From a virus, in the IMG/VR virus record IMGVR_UViG_3300045988_153303: a stretch of DNA of 18,809 nt; one strand, written 5' to 3'. Shown here in pieces: positions 1 to 4,301 of this stretch (the stretch's first letter is position 1; each line of letters opens with the position of its first letter). The translations under genes were made by a program, and so were the position numbers. The notes under the pieces were generated by a model, which saw only the letters and a list, made by a program, of their open reading frames with translations, was not told where the DNA came from and did no database searches.

Positions 1-72
1 GTGTGTGGTGGTGGTGTTGTTGTTTCATTGGCTGTTTTTTTATTTTTTTTTCCGTGTTTGTGTGTTTTCGGG

Positions 73-101
73 TTGTGTTGTTGTTTTTTGTGTGGTATAT
101 T
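73..101 (+). promoter_or_regulatory. Early promoter inside the left ITR (TTGTGT - 17 nt - TGgTATATT, extended -10)
   Basis: TTGTGT at 73-78, a 17-nt spacer, then TGGTATATT at 93-101. It lies about 34 nt upstream of the ATG at 135, which has AAGGAG at 123-128. The same extended -10 pattern recurs at 2917-2925 and 13113-13121 on the minus strand. Confidence 0.55.
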
Positions 102-111
102 GTAATTACAA
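100..111. promoter_or_regulatory. Perfect 12-bp palindrome TTGTAATTACAA overlapping the -10/+1 region (operator-like)
   Basis: ttgtaattacaa at 100-111 equals its own reverse complement and overlaps the last two bases of the -10 hexamer (96-101). I found it only in the two ITR copies. Confidence 0.4.
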
Positions 112-134
112 ACCTCATTGGAAAGGAGAATGAA

Positions 135-476
135 ATGTTTGTTGCAACTTATTTTGCGGATGATGATTGTGTTGTTGCTGTGCGGCCTGTTGCGGTTAAG
201 GGTGATGTGGATTGGTCGTCTTTGTATATTGTGGATGATGTTACTGGTTATGGTATGTGGCAGCAGGATGGTGATGATAGGTGGTTTATTGATATTGCTC
301 CTGTGGGTGGTTATGATTTGTGGTGTGATTTGGATGCGTTGAAGATTACTGGTATTTATGGTTCTGATGGGGGTGGGTGGGAGTCTTGTGTGAATGATTT
401 TCTTGCGGATTATGGTTTTAGGCTTGGTCGGTTTGATGGTGTTAGGGGGGATAGGTATGAGTTGGTTGCGTTGTGA
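135..476 (+). CDS. ITR-encoded acidic 113-aa protein, unknown function (left copy)
   Basis: ORF 3..476 trimmed to the ATG at 135, which has AAGGAG 6 nt upstream. The discarded N-terminus (MWWWCCCFIGCFF...) lies upstream of and across the predicted promoter and looks non-protein-like. I count about 19 Asp, 2 Glu, 8 Arg/Lys and 5 Trp. A hairpin terminator follows at 494-523. Confidence 0.7.
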   Translation: MFVATYFADDDCVVAVRPVAVKGDVDWSSLYIVDDVTGYGMWQQDGDDRWFIDIAPVGGYDLWCDLDALKITGIYGSDGGGWESCVNDFLADYGFRLGRFDGVRGDRYELVAL

Positions 477-493
477 GGTTGGTTGGATAAGTT

Positions 494-523
494 AAACCCC
501 TAGGTTTTTTGGCCTAGGGGTTT
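494..523. terminator. Hairpin terminator between convergent genes (ITR gene and endolysin)
   Basis: aaacccctagg (494-504) pairs perfectly with cctaggggttt (513-523) around an 8-nt loop. On the + strand a T-rich tail follows (tttttgttggttgtttt). It sits between a + strand stop (476) and a - strand stop (536). Confidence 0.75.
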
Positions 524-535
524 TTGTTGGTTGTT

Positions 536-1177
536 TTATATGAGGTATTGTGTTGTGCCGTTTACGGCTTTTAGTGCGACGTATCGGGTTTTGCCTGAAC
601 CGCCTGTGTAGTGTGCCCAAATGTACCCGTCTGCGGTTGTGGTGCCGCTTGCGAGGATGACGGTTTGTCCTTTGTGGTATTGTGCTACGACTTGACTGTG
701 GATGCTTGGTGCAGAGCGTACGTTGAGTACTGGCACGTTGACTTGATAGGTGCGTGTGGTGGTGGTGTTGTTGTTGTTGCGTGGGTGGAAGTATCCTATG
801 ATGCCTTTTTTGCTGATATTGATGTATCCGGCTTTGTTGGGGTTTTGTGACATGGTGGTGAGTGTGCCGTTGCCGTTGTCTTTGATTACGATGGCGACGT
901 GGTTCATGCCGCTGCGTTTCCAGAATGCTACGTCACCGTAGGTTGGCGTGTAGTTGGCTGACTCTTTGGTGAAAGCGTTTTGCAGTGCGTGGGAGCGGTT
1001 GTATCGTGCTGTGTATACGCTTGCTGCGTATCCGTCTATGGTGTTTGTGTCGGTTTGTGGGATGCTGTATACGTGTTGTGCGTAGGAGCTCCATAGGTCC
1101 CAGCATTGTGCTCCGTATGCTCCGTCCATGTCGATGGCTTTGCCGTTGACTGTGTTGATCCATTCTTGGATGTTCAT
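536..1177 (-). CDS. Endolysin: N-terminal CHAP-type cysteine peptidase/amidase plus C-terminal SH3b-like wall-binding domain
   Basis: ORF 536..1315 trimmed to the ATG at 1175-1177, preceded by AAAGGAG with a 6-nt spacer. CHAP-like GAYGAQCWDLW (Cys) and NHVAIV (His), an NNNNTTTT linker, and an SH3b-like C-terminus (YQVNVPVLNVRSAPS...GYIWAHY). It is the last gene of a holin-containing cassette. Confidence 0.85.
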   Translation of the reverse strand: MNIQEWINTVNGKAIDMDGAYGAQCWDLWSSYAQHVYSIPQTDTNTIDGYAASVYTARYNRSHALQNAFTKESANYTPTYGDVAFWKRSGMNHVAIVIKDNGNGTLTTMSQNPNKAGYINISKKGIIGYFHPRNNNNTTTTRTYQVNVPVLNVRSAPSIHSQVVAQYHKGQTVILASGTTTADGYIWAHYTGGSGKTRYVALKAVNGTTQYLI

Positions 1178-1188
1178 TTTTTGCTCCT

Positions 1189-1365
1189 TTATATGGTTTG
1201 GGTTAGGTATAGTGTTGCTGTGAGCCATGGTGTTATGGTTATTAGCATGAGTTGGGAGGCTCCTTTTCGGTATTGGTGTCCGGTTTTGAGGTGTGATAGG
1301 CAGTATGCTGTCCATCCTATGATGGCTAGGATGGTGAGGATGTTGAATGCTAGTATTTGGTTCAT
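1189..1365 (-). CDS. Small membrane protein (58 aa), possible holin partner or antiholin
   Basis: This is the last 58 codons of the otherwise implausible ORF 1189..1875: MNQILAFNILTILAIIGWTAYCLSHLK..., with one clear hydrophobic helix. Its ATG (1363-1365) overlaps the holin stop (1362-1364) as ATGA. Its stop lies next to the endolysin SD. Confidence 0.5.
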   Translation of the reverse strand: MNQILAFNILTILAIIGWTAYCLSHLKTGHQYRKGASQLMLITITPWLTATLYLTQTI

Positions 1366-1727
1366 TTGTTGCTGTGTTTTGGTTTGGTGTTGTTTTGTTT
1401 GAAGATGTTCATGAATGGCGTATTTTCGAGTTCGGGGTTGATGGCGGTAATGTTTTCGAGGATTGAGGTGAGTTCGATGAGGCAGATGCCACTGATGGTG
1501 CAGACGAATACGTTGATGGGGAAGCCGAGGGAGACGTGTGTGTTTACCGTGTCTATAAACCATGCCGTCACCGTGAGGATGAGGTAGGTCAGTTTGTGTC
1601 CTAGTCCTGTCCGCATCTTTTGGGAGCTGAGATCGCCTTTCATGATGGCTTTTATCGTGCCGGTGATATAGTCTGTGGTAGTGAAGAAGAGCACTGCGAT
1701 GGCGCACCACATGTCTGATTCTGTCAT
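1362..1727 (-). CDS. Holin (phage_holin_4-like)
   Basis: 121 aa with several hydrophobic segments. DYITGTIKAIMKGDLSSQKMRTGLGHKL resembles the hallmark of the LL-H/A118-type holin family as I remember it. SD GAAAGGA lies upstream of the ATG at 1725-1727. The gene is immediately upstream of the endolysin. Confidence 0.8.
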   Translation of the reverse strand: MTESDMWCAIAVLFFTTTDYITGTIKAIMKGDLSSQKMRTGLGHKLTYLILTVTAWFIDTVNTHVSLGFPINVFVCTISGICLIELTSILENITAINPELENTPFMNIFKQNNTKPKHSNK

Positions 1728-1742
1728 TATTGTGTTTCCTTT

Positions 1743-2810
1743 CTATTTTCCTAGCAGATCTCCAATGATCAGAGCGAAGTCTGCTTTGACTTGGGAGTCT
1801 TCGAATCTTATCTTGCCGAGCCGATAGCCGGTGGTAAGCCGTCTGATTACGTCGTCGGATTTTTTGACGTACCATGTCTTCTCGTCGACGTGGCTGGGGT
1901 CGAGCGTGTATACGGGGCGAGTGTTTTCTTTGGGGATGCGTCGTGAAATGTATTGTGAGACGTGGCCGTCCTTTTCGGATATGGTGATCCAGATTCCGAA
2001 GAGCCCATAGTCGGTGGTGTCTAGGACGTAGGATAGGTCGCTGTCTGACGGTATTGGCGCTATTAAAGTGTCGGATTCGTCTCGGAATTGGTTGCGGATG
2101 GCGTAATCCGCATAGTCGCTGTCATACTGTTCTAGGAATCTGCCGAATTTGGATTTGGCGACTTTTGCTGAGAAGCCTCCATAGTCAGCCAGCTCGAGAC
2201 AGATGAAGCCATTGCAATATAATTTATATTGTTGTTGATTGGCTTGTTGTGTGCCGATATCAAGCCTGTATTTGGCGAAATACGGATTGGCTTTCTGGAC
2301 CGCATTGGATAGGAACAGTACTTTCGTCCTATCCTGCCAGCGGTCGACGGTATTGTAGAATTCGGAGAATGAATTGACTTCATTGCTGAGGAAGCGCAGA
2401 TTGTCGGGGAAGATCTCATCGAAGATGATGAGATGCACTTTCGGGTAGGCGACTGATTTCAGGCCGCCGGCTTGGGAGAGGGCAACGAAGTAACAGCAGG
2501 TGCGCCAATCCTTTTCATCCCACGAATTCCTGTGCAATTGGCCTTTTTCGCCGTTGACGCGAAAAGCATATTCCGGGAAGAAGCCTTGGATGTCCTTGAA
2601 AAACGTTTCCTTGCGCTTCTGTTCCACATCGGTGCGTCGTAGGTAGATGAATTCGTGCCCGTGCTTGAGATATTCTTTGATTCCGTAGCGTTTCGCGGCG
2701 AATGTCTTGCCGAGGCCGCGCGCTCCGATGATGAAATTCCACGGCGCATTGCGGGAGAGGAGGTTGTGCAGGTCGTAATAGTCGTCTTCGCTTAATGTCT
2801 GCAACACCAC
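1743..2810 (-). CDS. DNA encapsidation (packaging) ATPase, phi29 gp16-like
   Basis: Walker A NFIIGARGLGKTF and Walker B HLIIFDEIF. The N-terminal region aligns closely with phi29 gp16 as I recall it (NFVIGARGIGKSY...FIYVRR versus NFIIGARGLGKTF...FIYLRR). GTG start with GGAGGAGGAG 6 nt upstream. Confidence 0.93.
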   Translation of the reverse strand: MVLQTLSEDDYYDLHNLLSRNAPWNFIIGARGLGKTFAAKRYGIKEYLKHGHEFIYLRRTDVEQKRKETFFKDIQGFFPEYAFRVNGEKGQLHRNSWDEKDWRTCCYFVALSQAGGLKSVAYPKVHLIIFDEIFPDNLRFLSNEVNSFSEFYNTVDRWQDRTKVLFLSNAVQKANPYFAKYRLDIGTQQANQQQYKLYCNGFICLELADYGGFSAKVAKSKFGRFLEQYDSDYADYAIRNQFRDESDTLIAPIPSDSDLSYVLDTTDYGLFGIWITISEKDGHVSQYISRRIPKENTRPVYTLDPSHVDEKTWYVKKSDDVIRRLTTGYRLGKIRFEDSQVKADFALIIGDLLGK

Positions 2811-2835
2811 GATAGCTCCTCCTCCATATAAGAGA

Positions 2836-2867
2836 GGGGTGTGACGTCATGACCACCGTCACACCCC
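2836..2867 (-). terminator. 11-bp GC-rich hairpin between a promoter-like element and the ATPase SD (terminator or attenuator)
   Basis: ggggtgtgacg (2836-2846) pairs perfectly with cgtcacacccc (2857-2867) around a 10-nt loop. On the minus-strand RNA it is followed by UCUCUUAUAU and then the GGAGGAGGAG SD. Confidence 0.5.
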
Positions 2868-2916
2868 ATGCCGGCCCAAGGGAAGTTATCTATGTGTCTG
2901 GAATGCCGACGTTTCT

Positions 2917-2925
2917 ATTATACCA
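2917..2925 (-). promoter_or_regulatory. Extended -10 element TGGTATAAT (minus strand) just after the hydrolase stop
   Basis: + strand attatacca at 2917-2925 is TGGTATAAT on the minus strand. A weak -35 (GTTACA) lies at 18-nt spacing inside the upstream CDS. Confidence 0.45.
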
Positions 2926-2935
2926 CATGTCTCGG

Positions 2936-4192
2936 CTAAATGTAACGTCTGATTTCCCATGTCGCGGCGGCCTGCATGGCGGCTCCCATGCTTTTCAAAG
3001 TCGGGCCATTGCCGGGTCCGCCATGGCCAAGACAATGAGTACCGTCCCCGGTGGCCATTTCGACATGGTCGTAATTGACGTAATCATACCCCCAACATAA
3101 TAGCAGCAGGTCGCCGGTCTGTGCGTTTTTCAAGGCTTCATCCACACTCGTCCCACTGCTGGCGTAGATGCGTCGGCCTTTGCCTTTCATGGCTCCGGTC
3201 CATGTGCCGACGTCGATTCCGAGCGCATCCTGATAGGCTCGCCAGATCGTGCTCGAACAGTCGCCGTATCCGGTATGGAGCGGATCCAATCGGCCTCCGG
3301 CCTGCGAGTAGGCGAAACGTCCCTGCCATGACAGGTAGAGGTTGTACACTTTCCGCTGGTCCGAGGTGGCACTGCCGCTACTGCTCCCCCCTTCGGTCTG
3401 CCCGCCCGAGATTTCCTGACCCTTCTGTACGCTTTCGACCCAATTCTGCGCGGTGGTATGATGGAAAGTACTCACCTTACCCCCGTCATGCAGGTACATG
3501 TCATCGCCTTGTATATGTATCCACCGCGTGGCCTTCGGTTTGGATTCGATGGCCGCATCATTGCCTCCCGGCGTGACGTCGATACTGCCGGACTGTCCGA
3601 AATCCGGGGGGGCGCTCGAACCGTCCCAAGAGGACAATAGCCGGTAGACGGTATCATATCTATTGGAATATCGTCCGAGCACGGAATCATTGAGCGCGGT
3701 GGAATGGAACAGCTCCAAAGATCCCGTCGCGCTGACATTGCCCAACACCACCAGCGCACGTTGCGGCGACTGGTGATACATGCTCATGAAGAAGATACGC
3801 TCCCTGACATTGCCGGCAGGGAACCCGTAATTGTCGCAAGTGGCGGAATACGCCGCATAGTCCGACTCCCATAGGTCTTGTTCGACCTTATGGAATTCGA
3901 TGCGGTTCGCCCATGCAATGAATGCGTTACCTTCCGCACGGGTTAAGTATCGGCCGGTCCACGATATGGTGTTGGCCTCGACCTGACCGGCTAAGGTGGG
4001 CGCGTCCTGCTTGAATCGAGCCCATCCGGTCGGATCCTCCGTCCGCCCCTTGTCGAGGAGAACGTAAGCACGTGTTCCGTACCATTGCATCATACCCAAG
4101 GTTATCGGATCATGGTAGTTTACCGCGGTCCACGAATTGCCTGATTCGACCTTGCCGATCACGTACATCGCATACATGCTTTGATCGCTCAT
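2936..4192 (-). CDS. Tail-associated peptidoglycan hydrolase (phi29 gp13 position): lysozyme-like N-domain plus NlpC/P60-type cysteine peptidase C-domain
   Basis: The N-terminus VIGKVESGNSW...ITLGMMQWYG resembles the ES...G(L/M)xQW motif of the phage tail lysozyme domain (phi29 gp13 N-domain). The C-terminus YGDCSSTIWRAY...GDLLLL...YDHVEMATG has an NlpC/P60-like Cys...His pattern. A Gly/Ser linker (GGQTEGGSSSGSATS) joins them. The gene sits between the fibre genes and the ATPase, as in phi29. Confidence 0.8.
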   Translation of the reverse strand: MSDQSMYAMYVIGKVESGNSWTAVNYHDPITLGMMQWYGTRAYVLLDKGRTEDPTGWARFKQDAPTLAGQVEANTISWTGRYLTRAEGNAFIAWANRIEFHKVEQDLWESDYAAYSATCDNYGFPAGNVRERIFFMSMYHQSPQRALVVLGNVSATGSLELFHSTALNDSVLGRYSNRYDTVYRLLSSWDGSSAPPDFGQSGSIDVTPGGNDAAIESKPKATRWIHIQGDDMYLHDGGKVSTFHHTTAQNWVESVQKGQEISGGQTEGGSSSGSATSDQRKVYNLYLSWQGRFAYSQAGGRLDPLHTGYGDCSSTIWRAYQDALGIDVGTWTGAMKGKGRRIYASSGTSVDEALKNAQTGDLLLLCWGYDYVNYDHVEMATGDGTHCLGHGGPGNGPTLKSMGAAMQAAATWEIRRYI

Positions 4193-4216
4193 CGTAATGC
4201 TCTTTCGTTAAAAGTA

Positions 4217-4249
4217 ATGGCCATACCACCATTATAGTGGCATGGCCAT
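4217..4249 (-). terminator. 13-bp hairpin terminator after the tail-fibre gene
   Basis: atggccataccac (4217-4229) pairs with gtggcatggccat (4237-4249). The one non-Watson-Crick position is a G-U wobble in the minus-strand RNA but an A-C mismatch in the + strand RNA, which favours function on minus-strand transcripts. UACUUUUAAC follows. Confidence 0.65.
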
Positions 4250-4301
4250 CCTTCGTGTCTGCTTTATTTTTTACAGTTTATTGGTGATCATGCAATACCG
4301 G

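Larger units (their letters stand above)
1..476. repeat. Left inverted terminal repeat (ITR), 476 bp
   Basis: 1..476 is the exact reverse complement of 18334..18809. The ORFs 3..476(+) and 18334..18807(-) give identical 157-aa translations. At the inner junction, checked by eye, identity runs through ...gcgttgtga (476) and breaks at 477 (g on the left, t in the right arm). Confidence 0.95.

Noticed and set aside
3-134. N-terminal extension of the ITR ORF (MWWWCCCFIGCFFIFF...) starting 2 nt from the genome end, and the alternative frame 118..342 / 18468..18692
   Set aside because: The extension would begin upstream of, and run across, the predicted promoter. It is a translation of GT/T-tract DNA. 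The ATG at 135 has a proper SD. The alternative frame (MERRMKCLLQLILRMM...) is a by-product of the G+T-rich composition.
1178-1315. 46-codon N-terminal extension of the endolysin ORF, and similarly 10997..11041 for the tail knob
   Set aside because: In both cases the internal ATG has a strong SD at ideal spacing. The extensions would overlap the upstream gene or the terminator.
1366-1875. Upstream part of the 228-aa minus-strand ORF 1189..1875
   Set aside because: It overlaps the holin and the ATPase 3' end in another frame and translates to an Arg/His-rich string. Only the last 58 codons (1189..1365), which have their own ATG and a hydrophobic helix, look real.
4231-4236. TATAAT (minus strand) in the loop of the terminator hairpin at 4217-4249, and other isolated TATAAT hexamers (6952-6957, about 6295-6300, about 12064-12069)
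   Set aside because: None has a TG extension or an acceptable -35 at 16-18 nt. Several lie well inside coding sequence.
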